Source: an uncultured Bacteroidales bacterium (GTDB lineage: Bacteria > Bacteroidota > Bacteroidia > Bacteroidales > GCA-2748055). From it: 64,000 nucleotides of DNA. Every line of letters begins with the position of its first letter. The first letter of the stretch is position 1. Positions 10,431 to 21,350 of this stretch are shown here, in pieces. Below the pieces are notes generated by a model. The model did no database searches and was not told the origin of the DNA. It was given only the letters and a program-made list of their open reading frames with translations. Made by a program: the position numbers and the translations under genes. The stretch is taken from positions 136,586 to 200,585 of the forward strand of contig CAVWDQ010000023.1 in the NCBI GenBank assembly GCA_963753765.1. Reading direction: 5' to 3'.

Positions 10431-11762
10431 TTATTTATTTTTTCTTTCGATCTCCTCCAGGGTCATATTGCTGGTTTCGAACAGGAATTTACGGAATATG
10501 AAGAAACCTGCAAAGGTCATCACCGAAAAGAAGGCAAAGCTGAGACCAATCCCCACACCATCTCCGAAAGCCCCGGCTACAACCGGAAAGAGAAAGGTGA
10601 TGCTGCCATTGACGATCCAGACAGCGAAAGAACCCATGGCCACTCCCCTGGAGCGAATGCGATTGGGGAATACCTCCGCCAGAAGAACAAATACCACTGC
10701 GCCCATAGATCCTGCAAATGAAGCCACAAAGCCAATCAGAAAGAAGAGCATCACGCCCCCTCCGAAAGGATCAAAGAGAAATTCAAGCGCGAATAGTCCG
10801 AGGAAAAGGGCCATACTCAACATACCGGTAAGTAACATTTTCCTGCGGCCAAGGCGGTCGATAAAGCGCATGGCCAGAATGGTGAACACCAGGTTCACCA
10901 GTCCCAGGATCACGGTCTGCCCGATGGCCGAATCGGTGGAAAAACCTGCGGCACGAAAGACATCTGTAGCGTAGTACATGACAACTGCAATACCTGTAAA
11001 CTGGGCAAACATTCCAATGGTGATCCCAATGAAGGTGAATTTCCGGTTGGGTTTTTTAAAGAGACGCTCCTTTTTCTCCAGCTTTTCAGTATCCAGTGAC
11101 TTCCGGATCTCATCCAGGATTCCCTCCGTATCTTCGTCCGGATTAAGCTCCCTGATGATCTTTTCTGCTTCCTCCAGCTTTCCAATCTTAATAAGCCACC
11201 TGGGGCTCCTTGCTACCCGGTATAGGAGCACCAGGAAGAAGAGAGCCGGCAGAATTTCCGATAAAAACATAAATCTCCAGTTATTGGGACCCGTATGAAT
11301 CAGGAGATAATCCACAAAGAAAGCCACCAGGATCCCCAGCACAATCGCCAGCTGAAAGGAAACAATCAACCTGCCCCTGTGTGAGGCCGGTGCAATCTCC
11401 GATATATAGGTAGGAGAAAGTACCGAGGCAATTCCCACTGCAAGTCCACCGATAAAGCGGGCCAGAATAAAAACCTGAATATGGGGTGCCAGGCCGGTGC
11501 CGAAAGCAGACAAAAGAAAGAGGATGGCAGATAGCTTGAGCATATCCCGCCTGCCATATCGATCCCCGGGCCTGCCAGCCCCGATGGCCCCCACAATACA
11601 TCCAAGCAGGGCAGAGCTTACTGCCCAGCCCGTCATCACGTCACTCAGGCCAAAGTGGCCGGTAAAGAAGGGAAGTGCACCGTTAATTACGGCCGTGTCA
11701 AATCCATAAAGCAGTCCACCTATGGCAGCCACAAGGGTATAAAGCAGGAGTTTTCTTTTCAT
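10431..11762 (-). CDS. MFS sugar porter family transporter
   Basis: Start at ATG 11762 (MKRKLLLYTLVAA). Sugar-porter signatures are GFDTAVINGALPF, GRPGDRYGRRDML, ARSPRWLIK and PNRIRSRG, with multiple hydrophobic helices. Confidence 0.85.
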   Translation of the reverse strand: MKRKLLLYTLVAAIGGLLYGFDTAVINGALPFFTGHFGLSDVMTGWAVSSALLGCIVGAIGAGRPGDRYGRRDMLKLSAILFLLSAFGTGLAPHIQVFILARFIGGLAVGIASVLSPTYISEIAPASHRGRLIVSFQLAIVLGILVAFFVDYLLIHTGPNNWRFMFLSEILPALFFLVLLYRVARSPRWLIKIGKLEEAEKIIRELNPDEDTEGILDEIRKSLDTEKLEKKERLFKKPNRKFTFIGITIGMFAQFTGIAVVMYYATDVFRAAGFSTDSAIGQTVILGLVNLVFTILAMRFIDRLGRRKMLLTGMLSMALFLGLFALEFLFDPFGGGVMLFFLIGFVASFAGSMGAVVFVLLAEVFPNRIRSRGVAMGSFAVWIVNGSITFLFPVVAGAFGDGVGIGLSFAFFSVMTFAGFFIFRKFLFETSNMTLEEIERKNK

Positions 11763-11825
11763 ATGAATCGGTGAGAGCACATAAAAATAACCTTCTTTTC
11801 AGAAAAAACTACTATTTTCAAGCCT

Positions 11826-12793
11826 ATGAATGCGAAAGTCAAAATACCCTGGGAAGAACGACCTCAAGGATCCTCTGATGTGATCTGGCGCTATTCCGGG
11901 AACCCGATCATCGGGCGGTATGAGATCCCCTCCTCAAACAGCATCTTCAATAGTGCAGTGGTCCCTTTCGGGGAGGGATATGCAGGTGTATTCCGCTGCG
12001 ACAACAAAGCGGTGCAAATGAACATCCATGCCGGATTCAGCCGGGATGGCATCCACTGGGAGATCGAGCATCATCCCATCGAGATGCAGCCTGGCAACAC
12101 AGCGATGATCGAATCTGATTACAAATATGATCCCCGGGTAACCTGGTTGGAGGACAGGTACTGGGTGAGCTGGTGCAACGGCTATCACGGTCCCACCATC
12201 GGAATTGCCTATACTTTCGATTTCAAGGAATTCTTCCAGTGCGAAAATGCCTTTCTTCCCTTCAACCGGAACGGAGTCCTTTTTCCCGAGCGAATTGATG
12301 GCAAATATGCCATGCTTAGCCGTCCCAGCGACAACGGACATACACCCTTCGGGGACATATACATCAGCTTCAGTCCCGACATGAAATACTGGGGGGAACA
12401 CCGCTGTGTTATGAAGGTGAGTCCCTTTGAACAAAGTGCCTGGCAATGCACCAAGATTGGCGCAGGTTCTGTCCCCATACCCACAGATGATGGATGGCTG
12501 ATCTTCTATCACGGTGTCATTAATACCTGCAATGGTTTCCGATATTCCATGGGGGCTGCGATCCTGGACCTGAAGATCCATCCAGGGTCCTTTACCGTAC
12601 CCAGCCCTATATGCTTGCTCCTGCCCTCCCGTACGAACTTGCCGGGGATGTCCCCAATGTGCTGTTCCCAACAGCCGCTCTATGCGATGAGGAAAAAGTA
12701 GCTATCTACTATGGGGCTGCGGATACCGTAGTTGGACTGGCTTTTGGATATCTTTCCGAGATCCTCGATTTCACCAGATCCAACTCAATCTGA
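11826..12793 (+). pseudogene. GH130 beta-mannoside phosphorylase family, one frameshift
   Basis: ORFs 11826-12701 (frame 0) and 12611-12793 (frame 2). [18 protein letters not shown]...[16 protein letters not shown]...[19 protein letters not shown] is GH130-like. Frame 2 reads [37 protein letters not shown]. Joining at about 12572 gives [15 protein letters not shown]. Confidence 0.85.
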
Positions 12794-12839
12794 CAGAAGA
12801 AAAAGTTACATTTGTTTTATTATTTCCCAAAAACCTATC

Positions 12840-14093
12840 ATGGAAAGAAGAGACTTCTTAAAGAAAAGCGTGCTCGGAGCAGCAGCTTTTACCATTGTAC
12901 CCCGACATGTACTCGGGGGACCCGGTTTTACGGCTCCCAGTGACCAGATTACCAAAGCCATCATTGGTGTAGGAGGAATCGGATACAACCACCATTTCAC
13001 GCGCGAAGGACGCCTGGTGGCCGTATGCGATGTGGACCGCCTTCACCTGGAAAGAGCCCTTAAGAGAGCCGGCGAAGGAATAAAAGGCTATTCAGATTTC
13101 CGTGAGCTGCTGCTTCAGAAAGATATTGATATCGTTCATATTGCTACTCCCCCCCACTGGCATGGAACCATGTCGGTGATGGCTGCAGAAGCCGGGAAGG
13201 ATATCTGGTGCGAAAAACCCATGACGCGTACCATTGGAGAAGGCAAACGGGTTATAGAGGCCGTACAGAACAATGGAAGCATGTTCAGGCTGAACACCTG
13301 GTTCCGTTTCAGAGGTGGATTCTACGGGCTGGGTACTGAGGTGAAGCCTTTAAAGAAAATCGTTGACAGCGGCGTACTGGGATGGCCCCTGAAGGTCACC
13401 GTCTCCGGAATCACCGGCTACGACTGGAAGTTTTACTGGAGTGGTGATACAAACCTGAAGCCAGAGCCGGTACCTGAGAACCTGGATTATAATATGTGGC
13501 TGGGCCCTGCTCCGGTCAAACCCTACAATCCTCTAAGGGTACACTCCAAGTTCCGTGGCTTCTGGGATTATGACGGGGGCGGACTGGGTGATATGGGTCA
13601 GCATTACCTGGATCCCGTACAATATATGCTCAATAAGGACCATACCAGCCCCATTAAGGTGGAAGTGGATGCGCCACAGCAACATCCCGATGCCGTAGGA
13701 TCATGGCGCAGGATCACCTATACTTATGAAGATGGCTGCCAGATCATCCTGGATGGAGAGAACAGGGACAAGGATGCCGCTTACATTGAAGGACCCAATG
13801 GGAAGATCTTCCGCGGTTTCCGTTCCACCATACCCAACATACAGCAACTGGCTGCTACCCTGCCCGATCCGGAACCACAGATTACATCCTTTCATGAATC
13901 GGTTCGGACCCGTCAGAAATTTGCACTCAATGAGATGAACGGACACCGCTCATGTACCGTTGTCAACATGGGTGTGGCCGCACTAAGACTTGGACGTACC
14001 CTTCATTTCGATCCTGTAAAACAGGAGTTTATCAATGATGAAGGAGCCAACCGGCTGATCTATCCCGAGATGCGTTCACCCTGGAATATTTAA
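12840..14093 (+). CDS. Gfo/Idh/MocA family oxidoreductase with Tat signal
   Basis: ATG 12840 gives MERRDFLKKSVLGAAAFTIVP (RRDFLKK Tat motif). It has the Rossmann motif IIGVGGIGYNHH and the WCEKPMT motif typical of the family. Confidence 0.85.
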   Translation: MERRDFLKKSVLGAAAFTIVPRHVLGGPGFTAPSDQITKAIIGVGGIGYNHHFTREGRLVAVCDVDRLHLERALKRAGEGIKGYSDFRELLLQKDIDIVHIATPPHWHGTMSVMAAEAGKDIWCEKPMTRTIGEGKRVIEAVQNNGSMFRLNTWFRFRGGFYGLGTEVKPLKKIVDSGVLGWPLKVTVSGITGYDWKFYWSGDTNLKPEPVPENLDYNMWLGPAPVKPYNPLRVHSKFRGFWDYDGGGLGDMGQHYLDPVQYMLNKDHTSPIKVEVDAPQQHPDAVGSWRRITYTYEDGCQIILDGENRDKDAAYIEGPNGKIFRGFRSTIPNIQQLAATLPDPEPQITSFHESVRTRQKFALNEMNGHRSCTVVNMGVAALRLGRTLHFDPVKQEFINDEGANRLIYPEMRSPWNI

Positions 14094-14124
14094 AAAGTTG
14101 CAATAGATTATAAAGCTTACAAGA

Positions 14125-17100
14125 ATGAAACATATCAGAATATCCCTCATTGCACTGTTTACCCTGCTGCTGCTTAGCAATCCGCTTACAGCACAGGATA
14201 AGCGAACAACTGAAACCAAAGTGGCCGACCTGCTGGTACAGGTGCCTGCTGCCGATCAGCAAAAGCTGAATGAACAAATGCAATCCATGCTCAGCCTGGA
14301 GGAAGCAGGCTTGCAAATGATCATGGACCTGGTCATTCCCCCCGGAACAGGTGACGACACCAAAGCACGCACGGCCATTGAGAGCCTGTCGCGCTATCTC
14401 AGTCAGCCCGGCATGGAAATGCAACAAGTCCGCTGGGAAGAAATGATTCTGAAAGAGATTGAACTCAGGGATAATCCCCTGGTAAAAAGCTTTTTCATCC
14501 GTCAACTTAACTATTTCGGAAGTGAAGTAGCCATTGAGAGTCTCAAAGTCTACCTGATTGATCCTGAACTACAGGATCCTGTGATAAGGGCCATACGGGA
14601 TATTGATCCGGAAGAAGCTGCAGATCTATTTGCAGATCAACTGGACAAGTGTGATGGAAGATTGCAGATCGCCCTGGTCAATGCCATCGCAGAATGCGGG
14701 AACAGCAATCACGCCGAGGCCATAGCAAGTCTTGCAGGGAGCAGTTCTCCGGAACTCCAGAGAAGCGTACTGGCCTGCCTGGCAGAATTGGGAAATCCCG
14801 AATCACATGCACTCTTAAGTAATACAGCCAAAAAAACAGGCTATTTACCTGAGCCTACCCGGGCCACCAGCAGCCTGATTGTCTACGCACAGACTTTATC
14901 CAGGCAAAACAATTCGGACCTGAGTCTGAAAATTTGTAAAAGTCTGATGAAAAAGTGTACAGCTCCTGAGCAGGTTCACTTCAGGAACGCCGCCCTGATC
15001 ACCGCTGCAGACAGCGAATCCATGGAGAAAAGCATCCACCTGCTGTTGAATGCCATGAAGGAAGATAATAAGGTCTATCGAATGACGGCCATCCGCTATG
15101 CAGCAAAAAACAACACCCCGGTCAATCCCTGGATCTCTGAGCTTAAAAGCATTAAAAACAGTGAGGTGAAAGCTGAGATTCTCAGCCTGTTCGGAATGCT
15201 TAAAAGCGACGAAACTGTGGTTATTCTTAACAGCTATCTGGACGATCAGGATTCTACTGTGCGCCAACAGGCTGTTCTTAGCCTGGCACTGATCAAGCAT
15301 AGTGAAGCAGTTCCCGACATTCTTAAGTACAACATTTCCTATCCCCATGAGCCGGATAGTAAGACCGCCAAAGCAGCGCTATTGCAGACCGTGAGCCTGG
15401 ATCAGCTTCCTTTGCTTACAAAAGAGCTGGACAATGCACCTGAAGGGGCAAAAGTTGTATTGATAGAAGTGATTGCAGCCAGGGGCGACCCAGAATCCTT
15501 TGATATCCTGTACGATCAGATTTCACAAACAGGAGCTGTAAGGTCAGCTGCCATGAAGAATCTCTATCTGGTTTCCGACCAGGGAGACCTGGGGGATCTG
15601 ATGAAGCTTTTTGATCAGCTGGAAGACGAAGATGAAATTGCAGCCATTGAGGCAGCACTGGTAGCCTCCATAAACCGTGGATCCCATAAGGAGGTGACCA
15701 CCCAGGCCCTGTTATTGCATGCCGCCAGAAACTTTTCCGTAGAGAAATATATTGGAGTGCTGGCCACTGTGGGTGGTAAAGAGGCCCTGGAGGCCGTTTA
15801 TGAATCCTATGGCAGCGGGGACGAAGAAACACGGAAGAGGGCCTTTACCGGGCTGACAAAGTCGGACGATATTCATGCTGCCTCTCCCCTCTTCGAAATC
15901 TGCTCACAATCCAGCGTTGACCAGGAGATAGAAGAAGCCTTTCAAAGCTATGTGAGGATAGTGTACTCATCCTCGCTTCCAGATGACCAGAAACTGCTCT
16001 TATTAAGGAAAATTGCACCCTATTCAGGCAGCGTCCGCAACACGGGTCGCTTGCTAAGAGCCATGGGTGGAATAAAGACCTTCCTGAGTTTTGTGACCCT
16101 CAGTACTTTCATGGACCAGGAAGAACTGAAAAGCCAGGCGGCCAATGCACTGGTTAATGTGGTGCTGCCCAGTAATGGACTGGACAATGGAATGACGGGA
16201 GAACTGGTGAAGGAAAAACTAATCAAAGCCAGTGATATCATCACCGGTCCGGATACCGAGTACCTGAAGATCGACATCCAGAACTACCTGGACAAGATGC
16301 CGGATGAACCGGGATTTGTCTCCATGTTTAACGGAAGCGATCTGGCAGGTTGGCAGGGACTGGCCACCGACCCGGTGAGCAAAGCGAAGCTTTCCGAAAA
16401 ACAACTTCAAAAGCTCCAGGATGAGGCCAATGAGAAAGTGAAGGAGAACTGGAGCGTCAAAGACAATTGCATCGTGTTTAACGGCGATGGTTCAAACCTC
16501 TGCAGCATCAAGGAGTATGGTTCTTTTGAAATGATCGTTGACTGGAGAATCACCAAAAAAGGGGATTCAGGCATTTACCTGCGCGGGACACCCCAGGTAC
16601 AGATCTGGGATACTTCCAGGGTGGAAGCTGGTGCCCAGGTTGGTTCTGGTGGATTATACAACAACCAGGAACATGAAAGCATCCCGCTGCTGGTGGCAGA
16701 TAATCCCATTGGTGACTGGAATACTTTCCGTATTACCATGATAGATGATAAGGTTACCGTCTACCTCAACGGTCAGCTTGTGGTTGACAATGTGGTCATG
16801 GAGAACTACTGGGACAGAAGCATTCCCATCTTCCCCACCGGCTCCATTGAACTTCAGGCCCATGGCACTGACCTGGCTTTCAGGGATATTTATGTGAGAG
16901 AACTTAATGTGGATGCAAACAAACTCACCAAAGAGGAAAAAGAAGAAGGATTTGTCAGCCTTTTCAATGGCAAGGACCTTTCTAACTGGGCCGGCAACGA
17001 GCACAGCTACAGTGTGGAGGATGGGACCATTGTGATCCGTCCGGCTAAAAGCGGTGGAAACCTGTATACGGAGAAGGAGTATGCTGATTTTATTTTCCGT

Positions 17101-17517
17101 TTCGAGTTCAAACTGACTCCCGGTGCCAATAACGGCCTGGGTGTCCGCACTCCCATGGAAGGAGATGCAGCCTATGTAGGATATGAGCTGCAGATTCTGG
17201 ATAATACAGCCGAGGTATATGCCAAGCTGGAACCCTACCAATACCATGGATCAGTTTATGGCATTATCCCGGCCCTTAGGGGATACCTGAATCCGGTAGG
17301 TGAATGGAATTCCCAGGAAGTCTACATGAAAGGAGACAAGATCAGGATCACACTAAACGGTACTGTCATCGTGGATGGGGACCTGAAGGAGGCCAGTAAA
17401 AATGGCACGGCCGATCACCTGGAACACCCCGGATTGGAACGGACCAGCGGCCATATCGGTTTTCTGGGACATGGTTCACTGCTCTGGTTCCGGAATATCC
17501 GGATCAAAGAGTTATAA
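14125..17517 (+). CDS. large secreted protein: N-terminal HEAT/ARM-like repeats plus two C-terminal DUF1080 (3-keto-disaccharide hydrolase family) domains
   Basis: Intact 1130-aa ORF with a signal peptide. About 720 aa of HEAT-like repeats (e.g. NAIAECGNSNHAEAIASLAGSSSPELQRSVLACLAELGNPES) come first. Two DUF1080-like modules follow, each starting GFVS(M/L)FNG.DL..W and ending (LAFRDIYVREL / LWFRNIRIKEL). Confidence 0.75.
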   Translation: MKHIRISLIALFTLLLLSNPLTAQDKRTTETKVADLLVQVPAADQQKLNEQMQSMLSLEEAGLQMIMDLVIPPGTGDDTKARTAIESLSRYLSQPGMEMQQVRWEEMILKEIELRDNPLVKSFFIRQLNYFGSEVAIESLKVYLIDPELQDPVIRAIRDIDPEEAADLFADQLDKCDGRLQIALVNAIAECGNSNHAEAIASLAGSSSPELQRSVLACLAELGNPESHALLSNTAKKTGYLPEPTRATSSLIVYAQTLSRQNNSDLSLKICKSLMKKCTAPEQVHFRNAALITAADSESMEKSIHLLLNAMKEDNKVYRMTAIRYAAKNNTPVNPWISELKSIKNSEVKAEILSLFGMLKSDETVVILNSYLDDQDSTVRQQAVLSLALIKHSEAVPDILKYNISYPHEPDSKTAKAALLQTVSLDQLPLLTKELDNAPEGAKVVLIEVIAARGDPESFDILYDQISQTGAVRSAAMKNLYLVSDQGDLGDLMKLFDQLEDEDEIAAIEAALVASINRGSHKEVTTQALLLHAARNFSVEKYIGVLATVGGKEALEAVYESYGSGDEETRKRAFTGLTKSDDIHAASPLFEICSQSSVDQEIEEAFQSYVRIVYSSSLPDDQKLLLLRKIAPYSGSVRNTGRLLRAMGGIKTFLSFVTLSTFMDQEELKSQAANALVNVVLPSNGLDNGMTGELVKEKLIKASDIITGPDTEYLKIDIQNYLDKMPDEPGFVSMFNGSDLAGWQGLATDPVSKAKLSEKQLQKLQDEANEKVKENWSVKDNCIVFNGDGSNLCSIKEYGSFEMIVDWRITKKGDSGIYLRGTPQVQIWDTSRVEAGAQVGSGGLYNNQEHESIPLLVADNPIGDWNTFRITMIDDKVTVYLNGQLVVDNVVMENYWDRSIPIFPTGSIELQAHGTDLAFRDIYVRELNVDANKLTKEEKEEGFVSLFNGKDLSNWAGNEHSYSVEDGTIVIRPAKSGGNLYTEKEYADFIFRFEFKLTPGANNGLGVRTPMEGDAAYVGYELQILDNTAEVYAKLEPYQYHGSVYGIIPALRGYLNPVGEWNSQEVYMKGDKIRITLNGTVIVDGDLKEASKNGTADHLEHPGLERTSGHIGFLGHGSLLWFRNIRIKEL

Positions 17518-17521
17518 TAGT

Positions 17522-17546
17522 TGCTGATCCTATCTAAGGGTCAGCA
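17522..17546. terminator. candidate bidirectional hairpin terminator between convergent genes
   Basis: TGCTGATCC (17522-17530) and GGGTCAGCA (17538-17546) form an imperfect 9-bp stem (one mismatch) with a 7-nt loop. It lies between the stop of the + gene (17517) and the stop of the - gene (17530). Confidence 0.35.
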
Positions 17547-18872
17547 CTATAATTGTATCGATGGGTTTTACCTTCTCTTTGGGGATGGTAAGGACCATGC
17601 CTGACTTTCCCTTCTTGACCTTCACCTCCACTTTGGATCCATCATCAAAGAATTGAGCTGATTTGATCTTGGGTAAATAGCCCTCAATCTCGATGGAACC
17701 TTCACCGGGATCCAGCACATGGACATAGACCATATTCCCCTTGCTGGTGGTGGCACCCCACTCCTGCGGCTTTACTGGTCCGCCCCGGGTTCCATAGATA
17801 GCATCACCGTTTGCTTCCAGCCAGTTCCCGATGGCCATGAGGGTATCCACATTTTCGGGCTGGATCCTTCCATTTGGCATGGGGCCTGTATTAAGCAGGA
17901 AATTGGCTCCATAGCCAGCTGCACGGACCATGGTATGAATCAGCTTCTCCACCGACTTGTAGTTCTGATCGACAATATTGAATCCCCAGGATCCGTTCAT
18001 GGTCTCGCACATCTCCAGCGGCACCTGATCGGATATTCCTGTATTGTTGAAACCCATGGAATTCTCTCCTGGCAGATCACGTTCGAACATCATGAAATCC
18101 TCGCCCGGGAAGGGCATTTTATGATGGTTACTTCCAATAAGCGCTCCGGGCTGATGTTTGTGAATAAGGGCATAGGTCTCATCCAGCCGCCAATCAGCAT
18201 CGGGCTTATCCCACATGCCATCGAACCATATCCCGCCGATCTCCCCGTACTGGGTAAGCAATTCGCTTAAGCTGGGTATTCATATAATCGATATAGGCGT
18301 TAAAGTCACCCGACTGCGACCTGTCTGCAATCCCGTTCCCGGTGCGTCCATGGGGGAAATAATCAGGATGGTGCCAGTCCAGCTGACGAATGGTAGAAAA
18401 AGAGCTTCACACCCTGTTTGTCACACTCCTCCTTTAGCATGCCAATCACATCCTTGCCATAGGGGGTGGCATCCACAATGTTATAATCGCTGACCTTCGA
18501 ATCGTACATGGCAAATCCGTCGTGGTGCTTGCTGGTAATGGTAATGTACTTCATCCCTGCCTTTTTTACCATGGATACCCACTCGGCCGCATCAAACTGG
18601 GTTGGATTAAAGAAGCCTGGCAGCTTCTCATACTGTACGATGGGAATATCCTTTCTTTCCATGATCCACTCGGCAATCCCCTGATCGCCTCCGCCACCCA
18701 TGATGGAATATACACCCCAGTGAACAAAGAGGCCGTATTTTGCATCCTGGAACCACTCACGGTTATCCAGGTTCTCCTGGGTGGGTACATATCCCTCCTG
18801 GGCAGTTAAATACGTGCTCAGGAATCCTGCAAAAAGTGCAAGTACAAAAAATCTTGATAACTTAGGTCTCAT
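17530..18872 (-). pseudogene. GH29 alpha-L-fucosidase, two frameshifts
   Basis: Minus-strand ORFs 18363-18872 (N-terminal, FQDAKYGLFVHWGVYS, KHHDGFAMYDS) and 17530-18261 (C-terminal, GEIGGIWFDG). The roughly 100-nt gap reads in the third frame as LDWHHPDYFPHGRTGNGIADRSQSGDFNAYIDYMNTQL. The shifts are near 18386 and 18267-18268. Confidence 0.85.
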
Positions 18873-18950
18873 GCTGTTGTGGTTTTAGTTTAGTACAGAA
18901 ATAATCAGGTAGTCCCCAAATTTAACGATTTTAATAAACTTAAGCTTGAA

Positions 18951-20451
18951 ATGAGACAAATCACTTTTATCAGTCTGGTTTTCCTCAGCGCTCTCCTTAG
19001 CTGCTCAGAAACCCAATGTTCTGTTTATAATATCTGACGACCTGAATACGCGGATCGGACCCTACATGGAAATTGATCAGCACACACCCCACCTGGACCA
19101 GCTGGCAGCTGAGGGGGTTCGTTTTACAAGGACCTATTGCCAGTTCCCCCTGTGTGGTCCTTCACGCGCTTCGCTTATGAGCGGACTGTACCCGGAGACC
19201 AATGGGATTCTTAAGAATATCGACCGGCCCGGAAGCTATCGCGTGGAGAATCCCTCCCTGAGCAATCACCCCTCCCTGGCAGGATATTTTCGAGAGCAGG
19301 GATATTTTACTGCCCGTGTTTCCAAGATATATCACATGGGTGTTCCCGGTGGCATTGAACGGGGCGATCCCGGGGGAGATGATCCCGATTCCTGGGATTA
19401 TTCCTACAATGTTATGGGACCAGAGACACATAGTCCGGGCACCCTGGAACTGCTCTCCCCGGGGAATCTGCACTATGGTTCAAATTTCTCCCGCATGATC
19501 CTGGAAGATGGTTCCGAAGAAACTCAGGCCGACTACCTGGCTACCAGTCAGGCCATTGCCATTCTGGAGAACCGTGCCGGCGAACTGGACACCTTAAGCA
19601 GGTCCAAACAAAAGATAAAGCCCCGGGCCCCCTTTTTCCTGGCCGTTGGGCTGGTGCGGCCCCACGTGCCTCTTATTGCCCCGGAAAACTGTTTTGTGCC
19701 CTACCCTGTGGAGGATGTACAACTTCCACCGGTGATGGTTGCGGACAATGTCCCTGAAGATGCCCTGCGCAGACAGAATATGAAAATATGGAAGATGGAT
19801 GATATCCAGAAGAAAAAGACCATCAGTGCATACATGGCCAGTGTCCGCTTTATGGACCAGCAGGTGGGAAGGCTGCTGGATGCCTTGGACCGATTGGGAT
19901 TAAGGGAGGAGACCATTGTGGTTTTTGTTTCGGATCATGGCTACAACCTGGGGGAACATGACTGCTGGTCCAAGGTGAGTCTCTGGGAAGGAAGTGTGCG
20001 TGTCCCTATGATCATCTCCAGTCCGGGTGAAGGCATGGAACATGGCATCAGCTGTGAATCCATTACCGAACTTATTGATCTCTATCCCACCTTAACAGAA
20101 TTATGCGGTCTTCAAACAGAGCAGCCCGGGATTCTTCAGGGGAAAAGTCTGACAGGCTACCTTAAAGGGGAGGATACCCCATCGGAAAAATCTCTTGCTT
20201 ACACAATCAGCCACCAGGGAAATGATGCCAGTATCCGGACCAACAGGTGGAGATACACCCGCTGGGGTGAGGAGATTGAAACAGGTAATGAAGAGCTCTA
20301 TGATCACCTGGAAGACCCGGAAGAGCACAACAACCTGGCCGGCAGGCCTGATATGCAGGAGACGCTTGCCGGGCTCAGGATACAATTTGAGCAGGCCAGA
20401 AACAGAGCCCGCAGCAATCAATCCGCTTTAGCTCAGCAAGAAGTCCATTAG
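18951..20451 (+). pseudogene. sulfatase (formylglycine-dependent), frameshift inside the signal peptide
   Basis: ORF 19066-20451 carries CGPSRASLMSG (the CxPSR FGly motif). Its frame is open back to 18955 (AAQKPNVLFIISDD) but contains no start codon. ATG 18951 in frame 0 encodes MRQITFISLVFLSALL. Removing one base near 18994-18997 joins the two. Confidence 0.85.
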
Positions 20452-20454
20452 CAA

Positions 20455-21240
20455 CTACTTTACTTTCTGGAAATACCTTACATAGTCAATCTTATATTCC
20501 ACAGGTAGAAGACTGGTATCAACTCCCTGCTGGCCTCCCCAGCTTCCCCCGTAGGCCAGGTTAAGAAGCAAATAGTGCGGCTTATCGAAGGGCCAGGTAT
20601 CGTTATTCCCGGTCCTGTCATTTTCAAAGGAAAAGTAGAGCGAATCGTCCATGTAGAAATCCATATGGTCCTCGAACCACTCCACTGCATAAATATGGAA
20701 ATCTGACCAGGGGTCCTTAACCTCGATCTGATTCCCCTTGTTGGTCCCAATGCTATGATTATAGGCTTTGGTATGGATATTTGCGTGGATCCGGTCGGGA
20801 TCATAACCTACATGCTCCATGATATCTATCTCCCCGCAGGCAGGCCAGCCCAGCTCACTTCTGTTGGTCCCCAGCATCCAGATGGCAGGCCAGGTTCCCA
20901 GGGCCGAAGGTATCTGTGCCCTCACTTCAATCCTTCCATAGAGGAAATCCTTCCTGCCAAGGGTATTGATAGATGCAGAGGTGATTGAATCTTCCCCTTC
21001 CACACGGGCTGTAATGATGCAGTGCCCATCTTCTACCCTGACATTATCAAGCTCATAGGTATAGTACTGTAGCTCATTGTTCCTTATATATCCGGTTTCG
21101 TAGCCCCAGTTTTCCGCATTTGGAGAACCGGAATATTCAAACTCCTCGGACCAGACCAGGTCCCAACTCTCTTTCTCAGCGCATCCCTGGAACAGGGCCA
21201 TGGCCAGCAACAATAAAAGAAAATGGCTGAAGTGTTTCAT
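20455..21240 (-). CDS. GH16 beta-glucanase/laminarinase-like lipoprotein
   Basis: ATG at 21240 (MKHFSHFLLLLLAMALFQGC lipobox). It has WPAIWMLG and the catalytic GEIDIMEH (ExDxxE) motif. Confidence 0.85.
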   Translation of the reverse strand: MKHFSHFLLLLLAMALFQGCAEKESWDLVWSEEFEYSGSPNAENWGYETGYIRNNELQYYTYELDNVRVEDGHCIITARVEGEDSITSASINTLGRKDFLYGRIEVRAQIPSALGTWPAIWMLGTNRSELGWPACGEIDIMEHVGYDPDRIHANIHTKAYNHSIGTNKGNQIEVKDPWSDFHIYAVEWFEDHMDFYMDDSLYFSFENDRTGNNDTWPFDKPHYLLLNLAYGGSWGGQQGVDTSLLPVEYKIDYVRYFQKVK

Positions 21241-21350
21241 GATTTGGGTTTTAGTAGTTGAATCAATGCTTGACAGACTGCAATTTAACAAACTCTTTCC
21301 TATATTTATGTAGCATCCTGTTTTTTCCAAACAGCAAAAGAATAAAGAGC

